The position numbers and the translations under genes are program-made. Below are positions 39,947 through 50,049 of a DNA stretch of 64,000 bases, one piece after another. How positions within the stretch are numbered: position 1 is the stretch's first letter; every line of letters starts with the position of its first letter. The notes beneath the pieces are model-generated. The model was not told the DNA's origin. It did not search any database and saw only the letters and a list, made by a program, of their open reading frames with translations. The stretch covers positions 224,001-288,000 of the forward strand of contig CAXXVS010000001.1 in NCBI GenBank assembly GCA_963674755.2, read 5' to 3'. This DNA comes from Desulfobacterales bacterium (GTDB lineage Bacteria > Desulfobacterota > Desulfobacteria > Desulfobacterales > UBA5852).

Positions 39947-41314
39947 TTAATGCAAGGCCTTGTCCAGGGTCTCCTCGTCCAGCAGCCCTTTCTCCCTGAC
40001 CACTTCCCGGATGGTGCGGCCGCTCCGGTAGGCTTCGTGGGCCATGGCGGCCGCCTGGTCATAGCCCAGGTGGGGCACGAGTCCGGTCACCAGGGCCAGG
40101 CTTTGCTCGATATTGGCGGCACAGCGCTCCTGGTTGGCCGTAACCCCTGCCAGGCATTTGCGATCCAGCACTTCCGCGCTGGCGGCCATCAAGTCGATGG
40201 ATTGCAGCAGGTTGTATGCGATCAGGGGCAGCATGGTATTGAGCTCGAAATAGCCGCCCTGGCCGCCCACCCCGATGGCGACGTCGTTGCCCATGACCTG
40301 GGCCGCGGCCTGGATGACGGCTTCCGGGATGACCGGATTGACCTTGCCGGGCATGATGGAGGAACCCGGCTGCAGGGACGGCAGATTGATCTCGCCCAGC
40401 CCGCAGCGCGGACCGGACGCCAGCCAGCGCAGGTCGTTGGCGATCTTGATCAGGGCCACGGCCATGGTTTTCAGTACGCCGCTCAGTTCCACCGCGGTAT
40501 CCTGGGAGGCCTGGGCCTGGAAATGATTGGCAGCCTCACAGAACGTTATCCCGGTCATGCGGTTCAGTTCGGCAATCACCCGGCCGGCAAATTCCGGGTG
40601 GGTGTTGAGGCCGCTGCCCACCGCGGTGCCGCCCAGGGCAAGTTCGGCGAGGCGCTTGGCCGTATCGCCCAGCCGTTCGCGTACCAGCGCGATCTGGCGG
40701 GCATAGCCGCTGAATTCATCCCCCAGCGTCATGGGCACGGCATCCTGGAGATGGGTCCGTCCGATTTTGCGCACCGCGTCGAAAGCCTGCGCTTTTTCCG
40801 CCAGCACCGCCTGAAGACTCTCCAGGGCCGGGGTGAGCCGGCCGTGAAGCTTTACCAGGGCGGTCAGATGGATGGTGGTGGGGATGACGTCGTTGCTGGA
40901 CTGCCCCCGGTTGACATGGTCATTGGGGTGGACGGGGTGTTTGCCCCCCTTGTGCCCGGTCAGGATTTCATTGGCCCGGGAGGAGAGGACCTCGTTCATG
41001 TTCATGTTGGTGGAGGTCCCGGAGCCGGTCTGAAAGACGTCCACCACGAATTGGTCGTTCAAGCGGCCCTCCAGGACGTCGTCGGCGGCCTGTACGATGG
41101 CCCCGGCCACGTCGTCCGGCAGCAAGCCCAGCCGGGCATTGGCCCTGGCGGCCGCCTGTTTGATCATGGCCAGCGCGTGGATGAATTCGTGGGGTAGCCG
41201 CAGGCCGCTGATGGGGAAATTTTCCGCGGCCCGCTGGGTCTGGGCGCCGTAATAGGCGGCTTCCGGAACCCGGACCGTGCCCATGGAGTCTTTTTCTTCA
41301 CGGTAGGATGCCAT
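39947..41314 (-). CDS. fumC: Class II fumarate hydratase
   Basis: QTGSGTSTNMNMNEV, KIGRTHLQDA, GSSIMPGKVNP. Confidence 0.93.
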   Translation of the reverse strand: MASYREEKDSMGTVRVPEAAYYGAQTQRAAENFPISGLRLPHEFIHALAMIKQAAARANARLGLLPDDVAGAIVQAADDVLEGRLNDQFVVDVFQTGSGTSTNMNMNEVLSSRANEILTGHKGGKHPVHPNDHVNRGQSSNDVIPTTIHLTALVKLHGRLTPALESLQAVLAEKAQAFDAVRKIGRTHLQDAVPMTLGDEFSGYARQIALVRERLGDTAKRLAELALGGTAVGSGLNTHPEFAGRVIAELNRMTGITFCEAANHFQAQASQDTAVELSGVLKTMAVALIKIANDLRWLASGPRCGLGEINLPSLQPGSSIMPGKVNPVIPEAVIQAAAQVMGNDVAIGVGGQGGYFELNTMLPLIAYNLLQSIDLMAASAEVLDRKCLAGVTANQERCAANIEQSLALVTGLVPHLGYDQAAAMAHEAYRSGRTIREVVREKGLLDEETLDKALH

Positions 41315-41396
41315 CCGGCCTCTCTTTCTATAGGGTTACGCCCTTTTCTCTTGCGGCTATCCGGGATGCTCAAGTTGGTCTTAAGGTAACGCCATC

Positions 41397-41457
41397 ACCA
41401 CGAAGATTACGAAGGGATTTATTTCCTCCCGGTCGGCTTTCTTCGTGCCCTTCGTGG
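41397..41457. repeat. CACGAAG/CTTCGTG inverted repeat, copy 2
   Basis: ACCACGAAGATTACGAAG...CTTCGTGCCCTTCGTGG. Confidence 0.65.
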
Positions 41458-41589
41458 CCAATTCTTGTTGACGGGCGCTTTCGATAGAACCGTTTCTTTT
41501 CCCGGGGCGGACCGCACATCAGCGTTGGCGGCGATCGCCCTGTTCCGCGGCGACCCGCCTATACTGCGGTTTGCGGACGGATATGGTTT

Positions 41590-41862
41590 TCAGACGCGTG
41601 CCAGCGTGTCTTCCTTGAGCCGTTCGATGTTGGCCCGCAACTGGGCGACCTCGATGCCGAGGCCGATACACTGCCGGCCGAGCATGCATTTTTCCGCGTC
41701 GCCATCATCGAGATGGGTCTTCAGTTCGAAGCGGCCTTTGCGCAGATCGACGATCCAGGCCTTTTTTATCTTGTCATAGGTGACATCGACATCGATGCCG
41801 CATTGCCCGATATCCGGGTAAAGCTCGATGATTTTGGCACATAGTTGCGCTTTATCGATCAT
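41590..41862 (-). CDS. Small conserved hypothetical protein
   Basis: AGGAGG RBS; YPDIGQCGIDV...LKTHL...C...C. Confidence 0.7.
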   Translation of the reverse strand: MIDKAQLCAKIIELYPDIGQCGIDVDVTYDKIKKAWIVDLRKGRFELKTHLDDGDAEKCMLGRQCIGLGIEVAQLRANIERLKEDTLARV

Positions 41863-42013
41863 GGGTCCTCCTTGCTGCCGGGTGTCAAAGCGTTCAGGCC
41901 CGCCGCGGCGCCGCAAATACGGCAGCGGGCGTTTCCGGCAGTCTCAGAGGTTAAGGTAGGTTTCCCGCAGGTTTTTGCAAGTCGGCGATTACATGGCCAG
42001 GGGGCGTTGGGCA

Positions 42014-42790
42014 TCAGGAACGGTCATCGGCCGGCAGATAGCGGCTCACCCAGGCGGCGATCAGCCGGCCGGCATAACGGGCGTCGACCGGATCGGAGAG
42101 CAGATGGTCGGCGCTGTCCAGGGAGACGAAGCTCTTTGGATGCCGGGCGATGCGGTAGAGCCGGGCCGCATTTTCGATGTCCACCACGGTGTCGCGGGGG
42201 GAATGGAGGATCAGCAGGGCGCGGTCGAGTTCCTTCAGCGCCCGGTCGATATCCGTTCGGGTGATATCCTCCAGGAATTGCTTTTTAATCGTCAACCGGC
42301 GGCCGCCAATGGTGATATCCGCCGCCCCCTGGCGCTGCAAGGGCTCCCGGATATCCTCCAGATGGTGTTGCAGGTGGGCCGGTTCGGCGGGGGCTGCGAT
42401 GGCCACCACGGCGCGCACGGACGGCAGGGCCGCCGCTGCCTGGATCACGGCGGCGCCGCCCAGGGAATGCCCCACCAGCATCAGGGGCGGGGTGCCCTGG
42501 GTCTCCATATAGCGGGCGGCATCGATCAGATCGGTGACATTGGATGAGAAATTCGTGTCGGCAAAGACCCCCTGGCTGGCCCCCAGGCCTGTGAAGTCGA
42601 ATCGCAGGACCCCGATGCCCTCCCGGTTCAAGGCCCGGGCGATATGATAGGCGGCCTTGATATCCTTGCCGCAGGTGAAGCAATGGGCAAACAGGGCATG
42701 CGCGAGCGCCCGACCCTCGGCGGGGACATCCCAGCGGGCGGAAAGTTCCAAGTCGTGCCGATTGGTGATGCGAATACCGCGCTGCAGCAT
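42014..42790 (-). CDS. Alpha/beta hydrolase (like the N-terminal domain of OsmC fusions)
   Basis: AHCFTC, RFDFTGLG, GHSLGG, HSPRD, ADHLL. Confidence 0.9.
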   Translation of the reverse strand: MLQRGIRITNRHDLELSARWDVPAEGRALAHALFAHCFTCGKDIKAAYHIARALNREGIGVLRFDFTGLGASQGVFADTNFSSNVTDLIDAARYMETQGTPPLMLVGHSLGGAAVIQAAAALPSVRAVVAIAAPAEPAHLQHHLEDIREPLQRQGAADITIGGRRLTIKKQFLEDITRTDIDRALKELDRALLILHSPRDTVVDIENAARLYRIARHPKSFVSLDSADHLLSDPVDARYAGRLIAAWVSRYLPADDRS

Positions 42791-42916
42791 GTTATCTTCT
42801 CCTGGTCTCTCAGGTGCCGTGTTAGGTGATCCCGATGGGACGCCGGCATCACCCTGTCCGGGTTGTAGCCCGCCCTTTGGCCGCGGCCGTCTTCCACAGA
42901 CGTCGGCGGATGGCAT

Positions 42917-43900
42917 TTATGGCGCGCTTTCCCGGCGCTGCTGGATGCTGGCCAGGGCTTCCCGGGCGGCCTGGCATACATCCGGATTGGAGCTGTGGGC
43001 GGCAACATCCTCCAAAAAAGGCACCGTGCGGTGATCCCCTGTCTCCCCCATGATGTAGAGCACATCGCCCTTTACGGCATCCTCCTGCCGGTCATAGCGC
43101 TGTCGCAGCGCCGGCAGCACCTCGGCGGCCAAACGCGGGTTCACGGCCGCGATGGTTTCCATCACCACCATGGCCCCCAGCCGCACGGGCCACTCGGGGT
43201 GGGTCAGCAGATCGAAGAGGGGCGGGAACAAGTGGCCCTTGTCAAGCATGGCCTGGGCCACCTGGCTGGCCAGGCCCTCCTTGATCAACCCATTTAAGGC
43301 GGCGCTGTCCAGGCGGCTGGGATCGCGGGTGGCGAGCTGTTCCAGGACCGCATCCACCGGGATCCGACCGGACCAGCGCAGATGGCGGTCGAGCACGAGG
43401 GTCGGTACGGCCTGGATCTTGTCTTCCCGCGCCATTTCCGGGAACAGGGCGCCATCGATGACCGCCAGGCGCAATCGCGGGCCGGCCTTGGCCAACGCCA
43501 CCCATTGCTGCAAGGCCCCTGGGCAGAACGGGCAGGCCGGTGCGATGAAAAGCCGGATTTCAACCGGCAGAGCCATTTGCTCCAGCCATTTGCGCCGCAT
43601 TTCCGGGATCGGGGCTTCGTCCTGGCCGGGCGGGAACAGGGCCGCGATCAGGCTGTCGAGCTTGTCGCCCTCCGGCAGGGCCTGGAAGCGGATGCCCGCC
43701 GCGGTCTCCAGCCAGGGGGGCTCGGAAATGTCTTCCACGACGGTCACCAAATCGATTCCCGGCAGTGCTTCGTGCAGTTGGCGGCCATAGTCTTGAAACC
43801 GATCGCTGAGATCATGACGGGTCAATACCAGGCGCAGTCGAATGTTGGGCGGCAGGTCCGCGCCAAGCGCCTGCAATCGTTCGTGGTCCTCGGGTTTCAT
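42917..43900 (-). CDS. Thioredoxin-fold (AhpF NTD/PDO-like) protein with C-terminal HEAT repeats
   Basis: CPFCP, AVP cis-Pro motif, VRLGA...VKGDVLY...CQAAREAL. Confidence 0.75.
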   Translation of the reverse strand: MKPEDHERLQALGADLPPNIRLRLVLTRHDLSDRFQDYGRQLHEALPGIDLVTVVEDISEPPWLETAAGIRFQALPEGDKLDSLIAALFPPGQDEAPIPEMRRKWLEQMALPVEIRLFIAPACPFCPGALQQWVALAKAGPRLRLAVIDGALFPEMAREDKIQAVPTLVLDRHLRWSGRIPVDAVLEQLATRDPSRLDSAALNGLIKEGLASQVAQAMLDKGHLFPPLFDLLTHPEWPVRLGAMVVMETIAAVNPRLAAEVLPALRQRYDRQEDAVKGDVLYIMGETGDHRTVPFLEDVAAHSSNPDVCQAAREALASIQQRRESAP

Positions 43901-44219
43901 CACTGGTGCCAGGATATTCCTCCCATCGCTTATCGTCCGATTTTCTCTCACGGCTATAATCCAGTTGTGCGACCACCGCAACTCTATCCGCCGGGGAGGG
44001 TCGGTCAGGATCGGCTCCCGAATCAAGAGGATAATGTTTGACAACCCCCAAGGCGTTTTTTATGATTTCGCCATTCCGCCGCCGATCCGAACCATAACAC
44101 CCCGGCGACCAAGCGCCGCACGCTGACCGGTCGGCAGACGTTTTCCCATCCAGCCCGTCTGCCGGTGCCCGACGCCGCCTGTTTCAGCCGCCCTAGCCCC
44201 ATCAGGAGGAACACTGTCC

Positions 44220-46964
44220 ATGAAGGCCTTCGAAACCTATCAGGCCCCGTTCATCGAGGACCAGTACGAGCGCTGGCGACGGGATCCCCAATCCGTCAGC
44301 GCGGACTGGCAGCATTATTTTATCGGCTTCGACATGGGACGCGAGGCCCCCGCCGGAGAAGAAGGCATGTGGGACGAGGACCGCATGCTGCAGCAGGCCC
44401 GCGTGGAAGCCTTGAAGTACCGTTACCGCGACCTGGGCCATCTCCTGGCCTGCATGGATCCCCTGGAGGCCTGCCCGGTCGACCATCCCCTGCTGGCGCT
44501 GGGTGCCTTCGGGCTGAAACCCGACGATCTCGAGACCCGTTTTTTCACCCGCCGCTTCTCCAACGACCGCATGGCGCCCCTCAAGGAGATCGTCCAAGCC
44601 CTCAGGGAGACCTATTGCCGTTCCGTCGGCGCGGAGTACATGCACCTGCAGGATCCCGAGGAGCGCCGCTGGCTGCAGGAGCGGATGGAACCGGTCCGCA
44701 ACCAGCCCGCAATCGAACCGGAAGTGCGCCGCCGCGTCCTGGAGCGCCTCAGCCGGGCGGCCCTGTTCGAGCAGTTTCTCAACCGCAAGTATGTCGGGGT
44801 GACCCGTTTTTCACTGGAGGGAGGCGACGGCCTGATCCCCATGCTGGACGATCTGGTGAACCATGCGGCGGCCAGCGGGGGACGGGAAATTATCCTGGGC
44901 ATGGCCCACCGGGGGCGCCTGAACGTTCAGACCCACATCCTGGGCAAGTCCTACGAAGACATCTTCAGCGAGTTCGAACACTGTTACGATCCCGACGCCC
45001 TCGTGGGGGCCGGGGACGTCAAATACCACAACGGCTACCTGGCCGATCTGACCACCGCCAACGGCCACGCCCAGCGCATTTTTCTCGTGAACAACCCCAG
45101 CCATCTGGAGGCGGTCGATCCGGTGGCGGAAGGCATTGCCCGGGCCCGGCAGGATCTGGCCGCCGGGGAGCGGCATCGTATCCTGCCGGTGCTGATCCAC
45201 GGGGATGCGGCTTTCGCCGGACAGGGGGTGGTGGCCGAAACCCTCAACATGTCCCAGCTGGAGGGCTATACCACCGGCGGCACCCTGCACATCATCATCA
45301 ACAACCAGATCGGCTATACCACGCTGCCCAAGGACGCCCGTTCCACCCGCTATTCGACAGACGTGGCCAAGATGCTGATGGTGCCGGTGTTCCATGTGCA
45401 CGGGGAGAACCCGGAAGCGTTGCTGCATGTGGTCCGCACGGCCTATGACTATCGCAACACCTTCGGCAAGGACGTGGTCGTCGACCTGGTCTGCTACCGC
45501 CGCTATGGCCATAACGAAGGCGACGAACCCTATTTTACCCAGCCCACCATGTACGACCGGATCCGCCGGCGCGCTTCGCTTCACAAGCTCTACGCGGAAA
45601 CCCTCATCGCGGCTGGTCTGATCACCAAAGAGGCCGTGGACGCCATCGGCCAGGAGATTCGCGATGAACTCGAGCAGGCCTACGACGCCATCCATGGCAG
45701 TACCTGCCTCTTTCCCCAGGACCGTTTTTTCGACAACTGGGAGAACTACACCGACCGCTTCGATCATGACCCGGTGGAAACCGGGGTGGCCGCGGACACC
45801 CTGATCCAGCTGGCCCGCGCCCTGCGAGCCGAACCGCCGGGGTTCAACCTCAACAACAAACTCCAGCGGCAGATGGACAAGCGCCTGGCGGCAGTGGAAG
45901 AGGGGAACGACATCGACTGGGCCAATGCCGAAGCCCTGGCGTGGGCCTCCCTCCTGGCGGAAGGCACCCCCATCCGGCTCAGCGGTCAGGACTGCGCCCG
46001 GGGCACCTTCAGCCAGCGCCACAGCGTCTGGATCGACACGGCTTCCGGCGAATCTTACACGCCCTTGAACGCCCTGACGGACGACCAGGCGGTCTACGAC
46101 GTCCACAACAGCCTGCTGGCGGAGTACAGCGTCTTGGGCTTCGAATACGGCTATGCCATGATGCGGCCTGAAGCGCTGGTGATCTGGGAAGCCCAATTCG
46201 GGGACTTCGTCAACAACGCCCAGTCCGTGATCGATCTTTTCATCGCCAGCGGGGAATCCAAATGGCAGCGCCTGAACGGCCTGGTGATGCTCCTGCCCCA
46301 TGGGCTCGAGGGCCAGGGGCCCGAGCATTCCAGCGCGCGGCTGGAGCGCTTTCTGCAATTGTGCGCCGATGACAACATGCAGGTGTGCTACCCCACCACC
46401 CCGGCCCAGTATTTTCACCTTTTACGGCGCCAGGTGCACCAGACCTGCCGCAAACCCCTGGTGGTGATGACCCCCAAGAGCCTGCTGCGCAACCCGGCGG
46501 CAACCTCCAGCCGGAAAGACCTGGCGGCGGGCCATTTCCAACCCGTGCTGGACGACAGCGACGCACCCGCCTCGGCCGCCCGCCTGATTTTCTGCAGCGG
46601 GAAGATCTATTACGAGATGGCTGAACGCCTGCGCTCCCTGCGGCGGCGCCAGGCCGCCCTGGTGCGTCTGGAACAGTTTCATCCCTTTCCGGAAGCGGCC
46701 CTGCGCGCAGTTATCGGCCGCTATAAAAAAGCCCGGCAATTCCTGTGGGTGCAGGAAGAACCGGAGAACATGGGCGGCTGGCAGTTCGTGCGGCCCCGCC
46801 TGGAACCCCTGCTGACCAAACCGCTGCGCTATGTCGGGCGTCCCCCCTCGTCCAGCCCGGCCAGCGGATTTCCCAAAATCTACCGGCGCCAGCAGGATGC
46901 CATTCTCAATGAAGCCGTGGGGATCGAAGACGCGGATCGCGCCGCCAGCGCGGCGGCGAATTAA
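44220..46964 (+). CDS. sucA: 2-oxoglutarate dehydrogenase E1
   Basis: RFSLEG, GMAHRGRLN, GDVKYH, HGDAAFAGQG, WEAQFGDF. Confidence 0.97.
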   Translation: MKAFETYQAPFIEDQYERWRRDPQSVSADWQHYFIGFDMGREAPAGEEGMWDEDRMLQQARVEALKYRYRDLGHLLACMDPLEACPVDHPLLALGAFGLKPDDLETRFFTRRFSNDRMAPLKEIVQALRETYCRSVGAEYMHLQDPEERRWLQERMEPVRNQPAIEPEVRRRVLERLSRAALFEQFLNRKYVGVTRFSLEGGDGLIPMLDDLVNHAAASGGREIILGMAHRGRLNVQTHILGKSYEDIFSEFEHCYDPDALVGAGDVKYHNGYLADLTTANGHAQRIFLVNNPSHLEAVDPVAEGIARARQDLAAGERHRILPVLIHGDAAFAGQGVVAETLNMSQLEGYTTGGTLHIIINNQIGYTTLPKDARSTRYSTDVAKMLMVPVFHVHGENPEALLHVVRTAYDYRNTFGKDVVVDLVCYRRYGHNEGDEPYFTQPTMYDRIRRRASLHKLYAETLIAAGLITKEAVDAIGQEIRDELEQAYDAIHGSTCLFPQDRFFDNWENYTDRFDHDPVETGVAADTLIQLARALRAEPPGFNLNNKLQRQMDKRLAAVEEGNDIDWANAEALAWASLLAEGTPIRLSGQDCARGTFSQRHSVWIDTASGESYTPLNALTDDQAVYDVHNSLLAEYSVLGFEYGYAMMRPEALVIWEAQFGDFVNNAQSVIDLFIASGESKWQRLNGLVMLLPHGLEGQGPEHSSARLERFLQLCADDNMQVCYPTTPAQYFHLLRRQVHQTCRKPLVVMTPKSLLRNPAATSSRKDLAAGHFQPVLDDSDAPASAARLIFCSGKIYYEMAERLRSLRRRQAALVRLEQFHPFPEAALRAVIGRYKKARQFLWVQEEPENMGGWQFVRPRLEPLLTKPLRYVGRPPSSSPASGFPKIYRRQQDAILNEAVGIEDADRAASAAAN

Positions 46965-46975
46965 AGGAGAACCCG

Positions 46976-48277
46976 ATGACCATTGCAATCAAAGTTCCCA
47001 GTGTAGGCGAGTCCGTCACCGAGGCCCTTCTGGCGGAATGGTTCAAACAGGACGGCGACCCGGTTGACAAGAACGAGCCGCTTTTCGTGCTGGAAACCGA
47101 CAAGGTGACGCTGGAGGTGGAAGCCGAGGCCGCCGGTCAACTGAAAATTCTGGTGCCGGAAGGGGAAACCGTGGCCATCGGCACGGTGGTGGGGGAGATC
47201 GATACCGAAGCCGCCCCGGCCGCTGCATCCGAGAAAGACAAAGCGCCTTCCAAGGCGACGTCGGAAGCACCGCCTGCCGCCGCGGAGGAAGACCCGGGCC
47301 CGCCCCCCTCGGCCAGGGCCGCAGAGAAGGAGAAAACCCGGGAAGCGGCAAAGAAGAAAACGCCTGCCGAAGCCAAACCGGCGGAACCCAAGGGAGAGGG
47401 CCCTCTCCTCTCCCCGGCTGTTCGCCGGTTGGTGGCCGAACACGATCTCGATCCCGCGACCATCACCGGCAGCGGCCCGGGCGGACGGCTGACCAAAGGG
47501 GATGTTCTGCTCTATCTGGAAGGGCGGCCGGCGGAAGCGGCGGCCCCTCGCGCCGCGGTTCCCACCGCCGATGCGGTTCCCGAAGAGCGCCGGCAGGCCA
47601 TGAGCCCCATCCGCCGGCGTATTGCCGAACGGCTGCTGGAGGCCAAGCAGAACACGGCCATGTTAACGACCTTCAACGAGATCGACATGAGCCGGGCCAT
47701 GGCGGTACGCGCTTCCTACAAGGAGGCCTTCCAGAAAAAGCACGGCATCGGCCTGGGCTTCATGTCCTTTTTCGTCAGGGCTTGCGTCGAAGCGCTGGGC
47801 GAGATCCCGGAAATCAACGCCTTTGTGGACGGCAACGACTTTGTCTATCACGAGCACTGCCACATCGGCATTGCCGTGGGAGCGCCCAAGGGGCTGGTGG
47901 TGCCGGTGCTGCGGCGGGCCGAGCAGATGAGCTTCGCCGACATCGAACAGGCCATCGTGGACTACGTGGCCAAGATCAAGGAAAACCGTCTGGAGCTCTC
48001 CGACCTGGAAGGCGGCACCTTCACCATCAGCAACGGCGGGGTTTACGGGTCGCTGCTGAGCACGCCCATCCTGAACATGCCCCAGAGCGGCATCCTGGGC
48101 ATGCACAAGATCGAAAAGCGGCCCGTGGTGGTGGACGATGAGATCGTGATCCGGCCCATGATGTATGTGGCGTTGAGCTACGATCACCGCATCGTGGACG
48201 GCAAGGGGGCGGTGACTTTTCTGCGTCGCGTCAAGGAATTTGTCGAAAACCCGGAACGCATGCTTCTGGAGGTATGA
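46976..48277 (+). CDS. sucB: Dihydrolipoamide succinyltransferase E2
   Basis: ETDKV lipoyl motif, AMLTTFNE, SYDHRIVDG. Confidence 0.96.
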   Translation: MTIAIKVPSVGESVTEALLAEWFKQDGDPVDKNEPLFVLETDKVTLEVEAEAAGQLKILVPEGETVAIGTVVGEIDTEAAPAAASEKDKAPSKATSEAPPAAAEEDPGPPPSARAAEKEKTREAAKKKTPAEAKPAEPKGEGPLLSPAVRRLVAEHDLDPATITGSGPGGRLTKGDVLLYLEGRPAEAAAPRAAVPTADAVPEERRQAMSPIRRRIAERLLEAKQNTAMLTTFNEIDMSRAMAVRASYKEAFQKKHGIGLGFMSFFVRACVEALGEIPEINAFVDGNDFVYHEHCHIGIAVGAPKGLVVPVLRRAEQMSFADIEQAIVDYVAKIKENRLELSDLEGGTFTISNGGVYGSLLSTPILNMPQSGILGMHKIEKRPVVVDDEIVIRPMMYVALSYDHRIVDGKGAVTFLRRVKEFVENPERMLLEV

Positions 48278-48279
48278 CC

Positions 48280-49719
48280 ATGGCATCCAAGGAAACCTTT
48301 GACCTGATCGTGATCGGCAGCGGCCCCGGGGGGTACGTGGCGGCGGTGCGGGCGGCCCAGCTGGGCATGAAGACCGCCTGCATCGAGAAGCACACGCGCC
48401 TGGGAGGGGTCTGCCTGAACGTGGGCTGCATTCCCAGCAAGGCCCTGCTGGACTCCTCCGAATACTACCATCTGGCCCAGACCCGGTTTGGCGAGCACGG
48501 CATCAAGACCGGTCGTCTGGGGCTGGATCTCAAGCAGATGCTGGCCCGCAAAGAAAAGGTGGTAAAGGATCTGACCGACAATGTGCGCCAGCTTCTGGAG
48601 GGACACGACGTCACTATTCTCCAGGGAACCGCCCGGCTGGCCGGTCCAAACCGGGTGATCCTGACCCGCGGCAAACAAAAAGAAGAAGCCTTCGAAGCTA
48701 AACATATCCTGTTGGCCACGGGCAGCGCGCCGGTAGCCCTGCCCGGCCATCCCTTCGACGAGAAGCAAATCGTGAGCGCCACGGGAGCCCTGGCCTTCGA
48801 TGCCGTTCCCAAACATCTGGGCATCGTGGGGGGCGGTTACATCGGCCTCGAACTGGGATCGGTCTGGATGCGTCTGGGGGCCAAGGTGACGGTGATCGAG
48901 ATGCTGCCCAAAATCGCCGCCGGCCTGGATGGCCAGGTGGGGCGTACCCTGGACCGTCTTCTGCGCAAGCAGGGCATGGACATCCGGGTCGACACCAAGG
49001 TCGCCGGTGTCAAAAAAGCCGCCAAACAGATCAAGGTTGCCATAGAAAAGAACGGCAAACAGGAAAATCTGACGTTCGACCGGCTCCTGGTGAGCATCGG
49101 CCGCCGGCCCCTGACCCAGGGGCTCGGTTTGTCCGAGGTGGGGGTCGAGGTGGATGCGCGTAGCGGGCAGGTCAAGATCGACGACCAATACCGCACCAGT
49201 GTGCCCTCGGTGTCCGCCATCGGCGATCTGGTGCCCGGGCCCATGCTGGCCCACAAGGCCTCGGCCGAAGGGATCGCGGCGGTGGAAGCCATGGCGGGCC
49301 AGCCCGCCGAAGTCAACTACGATGCGATTCCGGCCATTGTCTACACCGCCCCGGAAGTGGCCAGTGTGGGGCTTACCGAGGAGCAGGTCAAGGAACGAGG
49401 CGTGCCCTACTGCACGGGCAGCTATCCCTTTACCGGGGCCGGCCGCGCCCGCTGCATGGGGGAGACCGACGGCTTCGTGAAAGTCATCCGGCACGGGCGC
49501 ACCGACCGGGTGCTGGGGATTCACATTATCGGCGCGCGGGCGGCCGACATGATCGCCGAGGGCGTTCTGGCCATGGAGTTCAATGCCAGTTCCGAAGACA
49601 TCGCCCGGACCATCCACGGCCATCCGACCTTTGCCGAAGCGCTGATGGAGGCGGCCATGGGGGCCAGCCAGTGCGCCATCTACGGCGCCCAGGGCAAGGC
49701 CTCCACCGAGGGGCCCTAA
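48280..49719 (+). CDS. lpdA: Dihydrolipoyl dehydrogenase E3 (suc-linked)
   Basis: GSGPGG, CLNVGCIPSK, HPT. Confidence 0.95.
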   Translation: MASKETFDLIVIGSGPGGYVAAVRAAQLGMKTACIEKHTRLGGVCLNVGCIPSKALLDSSEYYHLAQTRFGEHGIKTGRLGLDLKQMLARKEKVVKDLTDNVRQLLEGHDVTILQGTARLAGPNRVILTRGKQKEEAFEAKHILLATGSAPVALPGHPFDEKQIVSATGALAFDAVPKHLGIVGGGYIGLELGSVWMRLGAKVTVIEMLPKIAAGLDGQVGRTLDRLLRKQGMDIRVDTKVAGVKKAAKQIKVAIEKNGKQENLTFDRLLVSIGRRPLTQGLGLSEVGVEVDARSGQVKIDDQYRTSVPSVSAIGDLVPGPMLAHKASAEGIAAVEAMAGQPAEVNYDAIPAIVYTAPEVASVGLTEEQVKERGVPYCTGSYPFTGAGRARCMGETDGFVKVIRHGRTDRVLGIHIIGARAADMIAEGVLAMEFNASSEDIARTIHGHPTFAEALMEAAMGASQCAIYGAQGKASTEGP

Positions 49720-50049
49720 AGCGATCCTGCCACACCCCATCGGTCCGGACCATCTCCCGGCGGCGGACTTCCCTGTGCGGCGCTTCATGTGACGCCATGG
49801 GAACCCCGCCGCCGACCGGCCCGGCGATCCTGCCCGGTACCCGGGTACTTCCCATCCCTACCTTTGCACGGCCATTTACCCACCCCGTCTTGACGTAAGG
49901 CGCTTGGCGCTCAATCTTCTACCCGTAACGTTTTATGGGCTGAACCGGTGCTTGGGGATGAGCGGCAGGACCGTTTGTCGGTAAGCCCAAAAAGCAGCCG
50001 GCGATACGACCAGCCCGACCCGACAGGACGCCCGCCAAGGAGAGCCAAG

